A stretch of DNA of 64,000 nucleotides, from assembly GCA_963725865.1 (NCBI GenBank), contig CAVSAC010000012.1:288001-352000 (forward strand), in the 5' to 3' direction. Source of the DNA: Candidatus Eiseniibacteriota bacterium. Its GTDB lineage: Bacteria; Eisenbacteria; RBG-16-71-46. Below, piece by piece: positions 31,610-41,750 of this stretch (positions within the stretch are counted from its first letter, which is position 1; every line of letters begins with the position of its first letter). The notes below the pieces were generated by a model that saw only the letters and a program-made list of their open reading frames with translations, was not told the DNA's origin and did no database searches. The translations under genes were made by a program, and so were the position numbers.

Positions 31610-33631
31610 GTGATCGGAATCACCCTGCTGCTCCTGAGTCTCGCCACCCCGGCGACCGCGACCGCGGCCGCGCGGGACACCGTCTATGCGCTCCCCGAGG
31701 TGCGCGTGGACCGTGACCGCTCGCGTCTCGACGGCGCGGTGCGCCGGCGCCCCACGGGCTTCGTCACCGAGCTTCCGGTCGGCCACTCGGGGCGCGCGTT
31801 CGAGACCATCTCCGACGTGATGGCGGCCGCGGTCGGGGTGCGCGTGGTGCAGTACGGCGGGCTCGGCGCGTACAGCACCGTCTCGCTGCGCGGCGCGCCG
31901 GCGGGGCAGGTCGCGGTCTTCCTCGACGGGGCGCCGATCACCTCGGCCGCGCACGGCGTCGTCAATCTCGCCGACCTGCCGCTCAGCGCGCTCGAGCGCG
32001 TCGACGTCTATCGCGGCTCCGCGCCGCTCGCGCTCGGGCCGGGGGCGCCCGGCGGGGCGATCGACCTCATCACCCTGAGCCGCCCGGGGCTGCTGGATCT
32101 GCACGCGGCGCGCGGCTCGTACGACACGTGGGAGGGACGCGCGACCGCGGGTGCCGGGCGCGGTCCGCTGACGGCGCTGGTGCACGCGGGCTATCAGGGC
32201 TCGCGCGGCGACTACCGGTACGCGGACGACAACGGCACCCCGTTCAATCCCGCTGACGACAGCCTGAGCGCGCGGGTCAACAACCGCTTCGACGCCGCGA
32301 CGCTGCTGTCGAGCGTGACGTGGCGGCCGGACGGCCGCACGCGCATGACGCTGCGCGAGGACGTGTTTCACAAGGCGCAGGGACTGCCGGGGCTCGGCGC
32401 GGTGCCGGCGCGCAACGCGCGGCTCGCGTTCCTGCGCACGCTCACACAGCTCGAGGGCGAGCGCCGCGCGGGGCGCTGGACGCCGGCGCTGCGCGTGCGC
32501 GGCGCGCTGCAGCGCGAGCGCTCGCGGCTGCGCGATCTCGCGCGGCTCGGCGAGCTGGGGCTCGGCCGCCACGACAGCGACGACCACTTCCAGGGCGAGG
32601 ACGCGGCCCTCACGTTGCAGTGGCCCGCGCTGCCGGCGGGCTTCGCGTTCGAGACCGGCGCCAGCGCACGCGCCGAGCGCGCGGCACTCGCGGACGCGGC
32701 GGACCCGTTCAGCGATCCGCCGCCGAGCCGCCGCGAGGGCCACGGGGCGCACGCGGGAGTGCAGTGGCGCGCGCCGGGCGAGCGCCTGTTGCTGCGGGCC
32801 GAGCGCCGCTGGGACCGGCTGCACGACGAGCGGCGCACGAGCGGGGTGGGCAGCCGCGTGCAGACCCTGGACGTGCGCCGCACGCTGAATTCGCCCCAGC
32901 TGGGCGCCCGGCTCGCGGCCGGCGGCGGCCTCGAGCTGCGCGCGAACTGGGCCGCGGCCGAACGCGCGCCCGACTTCCTCGAGCTGTTCGGCAACCAGGG
33001 CTTCGTGATCGGCAATCCCGCGCTGCGGCCCGAGCACACCGAGGGCTGGGATGCCGGGTTCGCCTGGAGCGGCGCGCTGCGGCGCGCGCGGGTGGCGCTG
33101 GAATGGGCGCACTACGAGTCGCGGCCGCGCGACCTGATCGTGTACACGAGGCTCTCGCAGAGCTATGCGCGCGCCGCGAACGTGTCCCGGGCGCGCATCC
33201 GCGGCGAGGAGCTGACCGCCCGACTCGCGTTGCCGGGCGGCGCCGCGGTGATGGCGCACACCACCTGGCAGTCCGCGATCGACCAGAGCGACGTGGCGTA
33301 CCTGCGCGGTAAGCGGTTGCCGCAACGTCCCGAGCGCGAGGGTTACCTGCGCCTCGACGCGCCGCTGGGCGCGTTCCGGGTCGCGGCCGACGTACAAGCC
33401 ATGAGTGACGACGTACTGGATCCCTACAATCGCATGCGGACACCTTCCCGCACGCTATGCGGCGTGTCGCTCGGCTGGCAAGTCGTGCGAGAACGCTTGC
33501 GTCTGACGCTCGAAGGGAAGAATCTCACCAATCGTCACGTGGCCGACGTGGCGGGGTACCCCTTACCGGGACGTAGTGTGTTCCTCGCGTGCGAGACGCA
33601 CATCGGTCGGGTGGAGCCCATCCATCGCTAG
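31610..33631 (+). CDS. btuB: TonB-dependent receptor, probable cobalamin transporter
   Basis: Plug motifs SLRGA..QVAVFLDG and LERVDVYRG; C-terminal NLTN...GYPLPGR; under a B12 riboswitch. Confidence 0.85.
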   Translation: MIGITLLLLSLATPATATAAARDTVYALPEVRVDRDRSRLDGAVRRRPTGFVTELPVGHSGRAFETISDVMAAAVGVRVVQYGGLGAYSTVSLRGAPAGQVAVFLDGAPITSAAHGVVNLADLPLSALERVDVYRGSAPLALGPGAPGGAIDLITLSRPGLLDLHAARGSYDTWEGRATAGAGRGPLTALVHAGYQGSRGDYRYADDNGTPFNPADDSLSARVNNRFDAATLLSSVTWRPDGRTRMTLREDVFHKAQGLPGLGAVPARNARLAFLRTLTQLEGERRAGRWTPALRVRGALQRERSRLRDLARLGELGLGRHDSDDHFQGEDAALTLQWPALPAGFAFETGASARAERAALADAADPFSDPPPSRREGHGAHAGVQWRAPGERLLLRAERRWDRLHDERRTSGVGSRVQTLDVRRTLNSPQLGARLAAGGGLELRANWAAAERAPDFLELFGNQGFVIGNPALRPEHTEGWDAGFAWSGALRRARVALEWAHYESRPRDLIVYTRLSQSYARAANVSRARIRGEELTARLALPGGAAVMAHTTWQSAIDQSDVAYLRGKRLPQRPEREGYLRLDAPLGAFRVAADVQAMSDDVLDPYNRMRTPSRTLCGVSLGWQVVRERLRLTLEGKNLTNRHVADVAGYPLPGRSVFLACETHIGRVEPIHR

Positions 33632-33639
33632 AGGAACAC

Positions 33640-35091
33640 ATGCATCGTGCACCGCTCGCGTTCCTCGCACTTCTTGCGCTGCTCCCGAGGGTGGGCTCCA
33701 CCGCACCGATCGAAACCAAGGCCTACGTCGTCACCACCGATTTCACCACCGGCGGCCTGAGCGCCGTCGATCTCGCGACGCGCGCCGTCAGTCCCGATGT
33801 CGCGAGCGTGCACTCCGACGCGACGCTGCGCTGGTGGGGCGGCCGCCTCTACGTGGTGAATCGGTTCGGCCAGGACAACATCCAGGTGATCGACCCGGCG
33901 CAGGGCTACGCCACCGTGCGCCAGTTCTCGACCGGCAACGGATCGAACCCGCAGGACATCGCGGTGGTCTCGCCGACCAAGGCCTACGTCTCGTGCCTCG
34001 GGCTCGCCGAGCTGCTGATCGTGAATCCCGCGGCGGGCACGGTGACCGGCTCGATCTCGCTCACGCCATTCGCGGACGGCGACGGTCCGCCCGAGGCCGC
34101 ACACCTGGCGCTCGGGGACGGCCGGCTGTTCGTCGCGCTCCAGCGGCTGGTGAACTTCGTGCCCGCCGAAACCAGCTTGGTCGCCGTGATCGACACCCGC
34201 GCGGACACCGTGCTCGACGTGAATCCCGCGCGGCCCGGCGTGCAGGCGATCCCGCTGGTGGGACGCAATCCGACCACGTCGTTCGAGTACGACCCGTTCG
34301 GCGGCCGGCTGCTGATCGGATGTGCGGGCGCCTTCGGCGTGCTCGACGGCGGCATCGAGGCGATCCCGGTCGTGGGCGGCGACGTCATCGTGCCGGGTCA
34401 GCCGCTCTACCAGAGCACGGGCTTCCTCATCACCGAGCAGGAGCTGGGTGGGGAGCTCGCGGACCTCGCGTTCCTGCTGCCCGGACACTCCTACGCGATC
34501 GTGAGCGACGCGTCGTTCGACGCGTCGGTGGTCGCGTGGAACACCCTCACGGGGCTCAAGCTCGGCACCGTCTACAAGCCGGGCGGCGGCGGCGGCCTGC
34601 CCGACATGGCGCTGAGTCCGATGCGCGACGAGCTGTGGGTGTGCGACACCAAGTCCACTGCGCCGGGGCTGCGCGTGTTCCGCTGCGGGACCGATTCGCC
34701 GCTCGCGGGGCCGCTCGCGACCGGCCTGCCGCCCTATCAGATCACTTTCGATCGCGACGACATCTCGTTCGCGTCCCATCTCTTGAGCGTGGCGCCGCCG
34801 GCCGCGGAGCCGCGCCCGCTCGCGTTCACGCGCGCGTGGCCGAACCCCGCGCGCGACGGGATCACGATGTCGTTGAGTGGGACCGACGCGGGACCACTGC
34901 AGGTCGAGGTGCTCGATCTCGCAGGGCGTCAGGTGCGTCGGTGGGTGGTGGAGGCGCCGACGCGGAACGCGACGACGGTGCGCTGGGATTTGCGTGCGGA
35001 AGACGGGAACCGAGTGCCAGCGGGAGTGTATGTCGTGCGGGCGCGGGAGGGCGGCATGTCCACCGCGCGTCAAGTAATCGCCGTTCGATGA
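33640..35091 (+). CDS. Secreted YncE/BtuG-like beta-propeller protein with FlgD/T9SS-like tail
   Basis: LYVVNRFGQDNIQVID, NPQDIAVVSPTKAYVS; tail WPNPARD...LDLAGRQV...PAGVY; 8 nt after the receptor. Confidence 0.8.
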   Translation: MHRAPLAFLALLALLPRVGSTAPIETKAYVVTTDFTTGGLSAVDLATRAVSPDVASVHSDATLRWWGGRLYVVNRFGQDNIQVIDPAQGYATVRQFSTGNGSNPQDIAVVSPTKAYVSCLGLAELLIVNPAAGTVTGSISLTPFADGDGPPEAAHLALGDGRLFVALQRLVNFVPAETSLVAVIDTRADTVLDVNPARPGVQAIPLVGRNPTTSFEYDPFGGRLLIGCAGAFGVLDGGIEAIPVVGGDVIVPGQPLYQSTGFLITEQELGGELADLAFLLPGHSYAIVSDASFDASVVAWNTLTGLKLGTVYKPGGGGGLPDMALSPMRDELWVCDTKSTAPGLRVFRCGTDSPLAGPLATGLPPYQITFDRDDISFASHLLSVAPPAAEPRPLAFTRAWPNPARDGITMSLSGTDAGPLQVEVLDLAGRQVRRWVVEAPTRNATTVRWDLRAEDGNRVPAGVYVVRAREGGMSTARQVIAVR

Positions 35092-35137
35092 AACCCACTG
35101 GAGTTCTGGCGGAGCCCCCGCTAGATTAGCCCCCATC

Positions 35138-35827
35138 ATGATGCGATCAGGGACGACCGCCCACTCCTCGCTCATCCTCCTCCTCGGTTCGGTGCTGTCC
35201 CTCGCCGCACTGGGCGCGCTGGCGCCCGCTCGGGCCGTGGTCGACGTGACCCTCTCCTGGACCGCTCCCGGCGACGACGGCCGGCAGGGCACCGCCGCCC
35301 GCTACGACCTGCGACTGTCGGTGGTCCCCATCACCGAAGCCAACTTCGCCACCTCGTGGATGGTCTCGGGGATCCCGACCCCCGGCCCCGCCGGCACGCG
35401 TCAGAGCGTGCTGGTCCCGAACCTGGTCGACAACGGCACCTACTACTTCGCGCTGAAGACCGTGGACGAGAAGGGCAACTGGTCGGCGATGTCCAACATC
35501 GTCGTCTTCACCGCGGTCCCGCCGCCCACCGGCGGTCCCGGTCCGGTCGCCGGCCTCTCGTTCTCGTCGCCCCAGCCGAATCCCGCGCGCGATCTCACGA
35601 AGTTGGTCTTCGAGCTGCCGCGACCCGGCGACGTCTGGGTCGAGGTGCTCGACGTGCTCGGCCGGCGCGTCCGCCTGCTGGCGCACGAGTTCCAGACCAG
35701 CGGCCGTCACGAGATCAACTGGAGCCTCGACGACGCCTCGGCCCACCCGCTGCCCGCCGGGATGTATCTCGTCCGCGCACGTGCGATGGGCGAGGTGTTC
35801 CTGCGCCGCCTCGCGATCGTTCGTTAG
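35138..35827 (+). CDS. Fibronectin type III domain protein with FlgD/T9SS-like tail
   Basis: Signal peptide; LSWTAPGDDG..GTA..YDLR; YYFALKTVDE.GNWS; PQPNP tail. Confidence 0.85.
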   Translation: MMRSGTTAHSSLILLLGSVLSLAALGALAPARAVVDVTLSWTAPGDDGRQGTAARYDLRLSVVPITEANFATSWMVSGIPTPGPAGTRQSVLVPNLVDNGTYYFALKTVDEKGNWSAMSNIVVFTAVPPPTGGPGPVAGLSFSSPQPNPARDLTKLVFELPRPGDVWVEVLDVLGRRVRLLAHEFQTSGRHEINWSLDDASAHPLPAGMYLVRARAMGEVFLRRLAIVR

Positions 35828-35949
35828 CCCCTCCGCACCAGCGTCCGGCACCCGGAACGCCGCGCCCGCCCGCGCGGCGGTTGCGAGGCGCGCGCCCGAC
35901 CGCCTAGGGTCCCGCGGTCCGTCGTGATCCCATCCGAGGAGGTCCGCCC

Positions 35950-37308
35950 ATGACCCCGGCCGCACCGCGCCCCCGCGCGCATCGTCTGTGGATGACGCTC
36001 ACCCTCGCGCTGACCCTCGCTCGGGCGACCCACGCGGCCGAGCCGCCCGCCGCGACCGCCCCGCTCGCCGCGCCGGGCGCCGACTCCACGGCCGTGGTGG
36101 ACACGATGAAGGCCGCGACGCTGGCGGACTATCTGGCCGAGATCCACGCGAACTTCACGCCCGAGAGCCGCCGCTACGCGGGCATCCGGGCGTTCCTCGC
36201 CGTGGTCGATCCGTTCATCGCCATCCTGATCGCGCTCATCGTGCTCGCCACCGGCCTGTCGGCGCGCATGCGCGACGTCGCGCACCGGGTGAGCTCGCGC
36301 CGCTACGTGCGCGTGCTGATCTACCTGATCCTCTATTCGCTGGTGTCGTTCGTGATCGGCTTCCCGCTCGGCTGGTACGAGGGCTTCGCGCTCGAGCATC
36401 GCTTCGGGCTCTCGAGCCAGTCGTTCGCGGGCTGGCTCGGCGAGGAGGGGATCTCGCTGGTGGTCTCGATCCTGTTCCTCGGCGTGGTGCCACTGATCGC
36501 GCTCGCCTACGGCGCGCTCGAGAAGCAGCCGAAGCGCTGGTGGCTGTGGCTCGCGCTGGGCACGCTGCCGGTGATCCTCGGCGCGGTGCTGATCGCGCCC
36601 TACGTCGACGGCCTCTACAACAAGTTCACGCCGCTGCGCGACCAGCAGCTCAAGTCGGAGATCGTCGCACTCGCGCAGAAGGCCGGCATCCCCGGCCGCA
36701 ACGTGTACGAGGTCGACAAGAGCCGCCAGACCAAGAAGTACAACGCCTACGTGAACGGCTTCGGCGTCTCGCAGCGCATCGTGCTCTGGGACACGACGCT
36801 CAAGGGGATGAAGCAGGACGAGATCCTGTTCGTGATGGGCCACGAGATGGGGCACTACGTGCTCCACCACATCTGGAAATCCGTGCTGGTGCTCAGCCTG
36901 CTGTCGTTCGCACTGTTCTGGCTCTCCGCGGGGATGCTCACCCCGCTGGTGAAGCGCTTCGGCCCACGCTGGGGCTTCACCCAGCTGCACGACATCGCGT
37001 CCCTGCCGCTGCTCGCCGCGGTGCTCACCGTGGTCTCGTTCGTCGCGCAGCCGGTGACCAACGGCCTCAGCCGCGGCACCGAGCACGAGGCCGACATCTT
37101 CGGGCTCGAGGTCACGCACTCCAACGACGCGGCGGCCCGCGCGTTCATCAAGCTCGGCTCGCAGAACCGCTCCGACCCCGAGCCGTCCGCGTGGCGGGTG
37201 TGGATGTTCTACACCCATCCGCCACTTGGGGACCGCGTGCGGTTCGCGATGACCTACCGGCCGTGGGAGCAGGGCGAGCCGGACCGGATGTTCAAGCCCA
37301 GGCCCTAG
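35950..37308 (+). CDS. M48 (Ste24-like) membrane zinc protease
   Basis: NAYVNG.G..QRIVLWDT, HEMGH, EHEAD, THPP. Confidence 0.92.
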   Translation: MTPAAPRPRAHRLWMTLTLALTLARATHAAEPPAATAPLAAPGADSTAVVDTMKAATLADYLAEIHANFTPESRRYAGIRAFLAVVDPFIAILIALIVLATGLSARMRDVAHRVSSRRYVRVLIYLILYSLVSFVIGFPLGWYEGFALEHRFGLSSQSFAGWLGEEGISLVVSILFLGVVPLIALAYGALEKQPKRWWLWLALGTLPVILGAVLIAPYVDGLYNKFTPLRDQQLKSEIVALAQKAGIPGRNVYEVDKSRQTKKYNAYVNGFGVSQRIVLWDTTLKGMKQDEILFVMGHEMGHYVLHHIWKSVLVLSLLSFALFWLSAGMLTPLVKRFGPRWGFTQLHDIASLPLLAAVLTVVSFVAQPVTNGLSRGTEHEADIFGLEVTHSNDAAARAFIKLGSQNRSDPEPSAWRVWMFYTHPPLGDRVRFAMTYRPWEQGEPDRMFKPRP

Positions 37309-37390
37309 GAACGTCGCCGAGCGCCGTCGCCGCGGGCCCGGGCAGCGTCACGAGGCGGAGGCGGAGGCGGAGGCCCGCGTCGCCTCCGCC

Positions 37391-39202
37391 TCACGCGTCT
37401 CCGAGGCGGATCTCGGTGCGGGCCTCGGCGCCGTTCAGTCGTGCCACGAGTCGCGGCGCGGGTTCGCGCCGGCCGAGCGCGGCCGAGAACTCGCCGGGTT
37501 CGACGCGCCAGTGCTGGATGCCCTCGGCGGCGAACACCGCGGACGTGCGCCCGGTCCGCACCACGGCGCGGCGGCCGTCGAGCGTCACCGCGGCGTTCGG
37601 CGCCAGCGGGAACACCACCTCGGCGCCCGCGCCCTCGACGCGATCGAGGATCGTCACGCGCTCCGCCGACGCGTCGACGGTGCGGGTGTGGAGCTCCCCG
37701 CTCGCCCACCGGCACACGCCATGACCGGCGTCGCCGCTCACCTCGGCGCGGCGCCCCCACAGGAACGGCCCGAGCAGCTCGCTCTGGTTGCGGCCGTCGA
37801 ACGTCACCGTCGCGTGGTAGGGCGTCGATCGGAAGCGCGCGCGCGCGGCCTCGTCCTCGTGGTACGCGTAGGTGCCCGGATCCACCACGATCGCGTCGAG
37901 CCCGCGGAAGAGCGTGAGCGCGAGCGCGTCCGCATGGCCGTGCGCGGCGAGCCGGCCGAGACCGAGCGGGCCGTGGTCGAGCGTGGCGAGCACGCCGCGA
38001 TCGCGCCAAACGGTGTAGCCGCCGTCCGGGAAGACGTGGCGTCCATCGAGCGCCGACCGCGCCTGCACCGGCGTGCGCCCAAGCACCAGCTGCGCGTAGG
38101 CGCCCGTGTCGGGGGCGAGCGCGTCGGCCCCGAGCCACGCCGCGAGCGCACCGCCCGTCAGGTCGAGCCGCGCGTCGTGCGCCGCGAGCAGGATGCGCGC
38201 TTCGTCGGCGTCGCCGACCGGCGGCAGGCCGCCGTCCGGCAGGCGCAGCGTGCGCATCACCTCGAGCGCGCGCGCGAGCCGCTCGCGCACCGGCGGACTC
38301 GCCGCGCGTCCGGCGGCCTCGGCGGCGACCAGCGGAAGCAGCACCAGCTCGGTGATGAACGGCAGGTAGCCGAACGACTGCTCGGCGTTCACGCCGTCCG
38401 GGTGGAACTGGCGCAGGATCTCGCGCTCCAGCCCCCGATGTCCCACGGCGAGCAGGTGGTCCGCGCCGCGCAGCGACGGCCACACCGCGCCCGCCAGCGT
38501 CATCGCGCCGTACTCGGCGAGCAGGTGGTTGTTGGCGCTCGAGCCGAGGCTCAGGTGGTCGCGGCAGGCGAGCGCCTGCTGCGCCAGCAGGCCGAGCACC
38601 GGCGCCAGCTCGCCCGCGCGCGCGCGATCGCCCAGCACCGCGAGCGTCCACGTCACGGTCGCGACGCGCACCGCTCCCTCGATCCCGCTGGTGTGATGGA
38701 TGCCACGGCCGAGCGGGTTGCGCGCAGTGAAGTCCGCGAGCCAGCGCAGCGCCCGCGCCGCGTGCGCGTCGTCGCCCGTCGCGCGCCACGCGAGCGCCAG
38801 CGTGGGCAGCACGGTGAGCCGGCCGAGCTCCCACGCGTACTTGGCGCCGCCGGCGAGGTCGGTGCGGTGGAAGTCGAGGGCGCGGCTCGCCTGCTCGGGC
38901 CACTCGGCGCCGCTCGCGGGATTGCGATTCCAGCGCGGCGGGTCCTCGATGCGCACCGGCGCGCCGAACAGCGTCCAGTGGCCGTGCGCGAGCCCGGTCG
39001 CGGCCGCCAGCGTGGGTGCCAGCTCGCTCGGCGCCACCGGATGCGCGAGCGGCGTCAGTCGCGCTCCGCGCCAGGCGCCCGCCGCATCGTGGGCGAACAG
39101 CGCGGCGAACGCCGGCGCGGGGGCGAGGCGCGCGTACCGCGGCGGCGCCAGCCGGTCGCGCAGGTCGACGTGCACGCGATGCGCGACCTCCGCGGCGTCC
39201 AT
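37391..39202 (-). CDS. Heparinase II/III-like protein (start may be at 39237 across a frameshift)
   Basis: KYAWELGR, SSANNHL, EQSFGY, AAHGHADAL, DPGTYAY, FRST..H. Confidence 0.85.
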   Translation of the reverse strand: MDAAEVAHRVHVDLRDRLAPPRYARLAPAPAFAALFAHDAAGAWRGARLTPLAHPVAPSELAPTLAAATGLAHGHWTLFGAPVRIEDPPRWNRNPASGAEWPEQASRALDFHRTDLAGGAKYAWELGRLTVLPTLALAWRATGDDAHAARALRWLADFTARNPLGRGIHHTSGIEGAVRVATVTWTLAVLGDRARAGELAPVLGLLAQQALACRDHLSLGSSANNHLLAEYGAMTLAGAVWPSLRGADHLLAVGHRGLEREILRQFHPDGVNAEQSFGYLPFITELVLLPLVAAEAAGRAASPPVRERLARALEVMRTLRLPDGGLPPVGDADEARILLAAHDARLDLTGGALAAWLGADALAPDTGAYAQLVLGRTPVQARSALDGRHVFPDGGYTVWRDRGVLATLDHGPLGLGRLAAHGHADALALTLFRGLDAIVVDPGTYAYHEDEAARARFRSTPYHATVTFDGRNQSELLGPFLWGRRAEVSGDAGHGVCRWASGELHTRTVDASAERVTILDRVEGAGAEVVFPLAPNAAVTLDGRRAVVRTGRTSAVFAAEGIQHWRVEPGEFSAALGRREPAPRLVARLNGAEARTEIRLGDA

Positions 39203-39271
39203 CGCGCGCAGCCGGCGCAGCTCCAGGCCAGCGACATCAGGCGGGCGCTCCCGCCCGCGGCCGGCGGTGGC

Positions 39272-40455
39272 TCACTGCCGTGTCGCACCTCCGCGCAGCC
39301 GCTGGTCGAGGAACTCGAACGTGAGCCGCTCGATCGCGCCGGCGGCCAGCAGGTGGCCGCCGTTGGGGAAGAAGCGCGCATCGACGGTGCCGCCCGCGGC
39401 GGTCAGCGCATCGACGAACCCATGCGCCTGCGCGGCCGGGACGTTCGTGTCCTTCTCGCCGTGGAGCAGCAGCACCGGCGCGCGCAGCGTGCGCACGCCG
39501 AAGACGGGCGAGCGCGCGCGCCAGCCCGCGCTGTCGCGCCCGGCTTCGGCGACGATGGTGGCCGGGAAGTCGGCCAGCGCGGTGCCGCGGCGCACCGCCC
39601 ACAGGTCGTAGATGCCCGATTGCAGCACCACCGCGCGCAGGTCGCCGCGCTGCTCCGCGAGCGTGGCCACCACGCCGGCGCCGCGCGAGAGGCCCCACGC
39701 TCGCCAGCCGCTCCGGGTCCACGCCCGGCTGGCGGGCGAGCGCCTCGAACGCCGCGGTCGCGGCCGCCATCGTGGCCGGCCCGCCGAGATCGGCCGGACC
39801 CGTGGAGCGCCCGTAGCCCGGCATGCTGACCAGCATGACCGCGACCCCGCGCTCGGCGAGACGCAGCGCGAGCGGCAGCATCAGCCGCGCGTGGCTCGCG
39901 TGCCCGTGCACCAGCAGCACGCCCGGGCACGCGCGCGCTGTCCGAGACGCGCGGGCACGAACACCGTCTCCACGTCGCGGCGGCCGACGCGCATCGCGGT
40001 GGACGGGTACGCCGACCAGCGCGGGCCCGGCGTCGCGATCCACGGTGGCGACGGTACGATAGCTGCCGCCGTGACCGTCGTGCGACCGCAGCGTCAGCGT
40101 CAGGTGGGCACGTTCGGCGGTCGCGCCGAGGCCGCACGGGAATCGTCAGCGAATCCCAGGCCGCGAGCGTGGGGGTGGCGCGCAGCAGCGGCGACAGGTC
40201 GGTGCGCCGGGTGCGCGTGGCACGCGTCCCGCCCTGATCGATGTCCTCCGCGTCGAGCGCGAGGCTGTCGAGCCCGAGGTCGCCCGGCAGCGGATTGGCG
40301 ATGACCACCGGGAGCATCCAGTGGAACTCGTGGTCGGCCACGATCGAGTCGGCGGCGACGCGCAGGCGCGGCTCCAGCCGCGGCGCGGGCGCCGCGCCGG
40401 CGGAGATCGTGAGCACCAGGGGCAGGACGGCGATCGAGAACGGACGCAGACGCAC
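39272..40455 (-). pseudogene. Secreted alpha/beta hydrolase (S9-like), several frameshifts
   Basis: Fragments: signal VRLRPFSIAVLPL, VLLVHGH, PGYGRSTG, G.S.G region near 39690, LLLHGEKD, GGH. Confidence 0.7.
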
Positions 40456-40519
40456 GGGATTCCCTCCAGGAGGTCGGGACGTGCTGAACGGCGCGCATGG
40501 TACCATGCGCGTGCCTGCC

Positions 40520-41242
40520 ATGACGCCCACCGCGACGCTCGCCTGGCTGTTCGACATCGACGGCACGCTGCTCTCGACCGAGGGGGCCGCGCGCGAGGCC
40601 TTCGCGCACGCGGTGCGCGAGCACCTGCGGGTCGACGACGACCTGAAGTCGATCGCCTTCGCCGGCCGCACCGAGCCGCTGATCCTCGCGGACATCCTCG
40701 CCCGGCACGAACAGCAGCTCGACGAAGCGAGCGAGGCGCGCTTCTGGGACACGGTGTTCGCGCGCATCCGCGCGCTGCTGGTGCCGCCCCGCGGGCGCCT
40801 GCTGCGGGGCGTGCCGGCGCTGCTCGACGCGGTCGCGGCGACGCCCGACTGGCACCTGGCGCTGCTCACCGGGAACATGACCCAGATGGCGCGCATCAAG
40901 CTCGAGCGCTTCGCGCTCGCGGATCGCTTCGCGTTCTCGGCGTGCGGCGAGGAGGCCGCCGACCGCGACGCGCTTGCGCGGCTCGCCGTCGCGCGGGCCC
41001 GCGCGCGCTGGGACGTGCCGCCGGCGCGCTGCGTGGTGGTGGGCGATACCGAGCACGACATCCGCTGCGCGCGCGCCGCGGGAGCGTGGGTGGTGGCGGT
41101 CGCGACCGGCTCGCAGTCGCGCGCGGAACTCGAGGCGCACGCGCCGGACCTGGCGCTCGACGACTTGTCCGACGTGGCGGCCCTGGTGGGGTGGGCGCGC
41201 GGGCTCCCGGCGCGGAACGGCTCGCCGCGGGGGTCCGCGTGA
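40520..41242 (+). CDS. HAD-superfamily hydrolase
   Basis: LFDIDGTL, LLTGN, VGDTEHD. Confidence 0.9.
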   Translation: MTPTATLAWLFDIDGTLLSTEGAAREAFAHAVREHLRVDDDLKSIAFAGRTEPLILADILARHEQQLDEASEARFWDTVFARIRALLVPPRGRLLRGVPALLDAVAATPDWHLALLTGNMTQMARIKLERFALADRFAFSACGEEAADRDALARLAVARARARWDVPPARCVVVGDTEHDIRCARAAGAWVVAVATGSQSRAELEAHAPDLALDDLSDVAALVGWARGLPARNGSPRGSA

Positions 41243-41245
41243 GCT

Positions 41246-41318
41246 GCGCTCGCCGACCGCCGGGCGTCATTCACCGGCGCCTTCCCGCCATCGGCCGAAT
41301 CCCGCGGGCCGGGTGCCG
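41246..41318 (+). promoter_or_regulatory. Putative LytTR-binding direct repeats
   Basis: Four imperfect 10-mers ending in CCG at exact 21-bp spacing (41246, 41267, 41288, 41309), followed by TAATCT at 41329. Confidence 0.45.
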
Positions 41319-41375
41319 CGCCCCCGCGTAATCTGCCTGTGGAGCCGGGCAGGAGTCCCGGCGAAGGAGGCGACG

Positions 41376-41750
41376 ATGGAAGCACGCAGAGGTTCCCAGC
41401 CGCAGCGGCGCATCGTGATCGGACTGCTGTTCATCGCAGCCGGCACGTTGTTCGCGCTCGACCGGCTCGGGGGCTACGGACTCGGGGACATCAGCCAGTG
41501 GTGGCCGCTGCTGGTGGTGCTGTTCGGCATCAGCCGGCTGGCGGTGCCCAGCCGCCCGCACGACCTGGGTCACGGGGTCTCCTGGACGCTGATCGGCCTG
41601 TGGCTGCTCGCGGTCCAGTTCCACTGGCACGGATTCACGTACCGCAATTCGTGGCCGTTGCTGTTCGTCGCGAGCGGCACCGGCATGGTGGTGCGCGCGC
41701 TGACCGAGGTCCGCGCCCGCCGCGACCGCGGCCCGGGAGTGCAGCCGTGA
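41376..41750 (+). CDS. LiaI/LiaF-like membrane protein
   Basis: RBS aaggagg; GLLFI..G..F, WWPLL and SWPLL TM motifs. Confidence 0.8.
   Translation: MEARRGSQPQRRIVIGLLFIAAGTLFALDRLGGYGLGDISQWWPLLVVLFGISRLAVPSRPHDLGHGVSWTLIGLWLLAVQFHWHGFTYRNSWPLLFVASGTGMVVRALTEVRARRDRGPGVQP

Noticed and set aside
37352..37392. (GAGGCG)n tract with an inverted copy between convergent genes
   Set aside because: It is a short single-locus hairpin, at most a terminator-like element, with no evidence for a repeat family.
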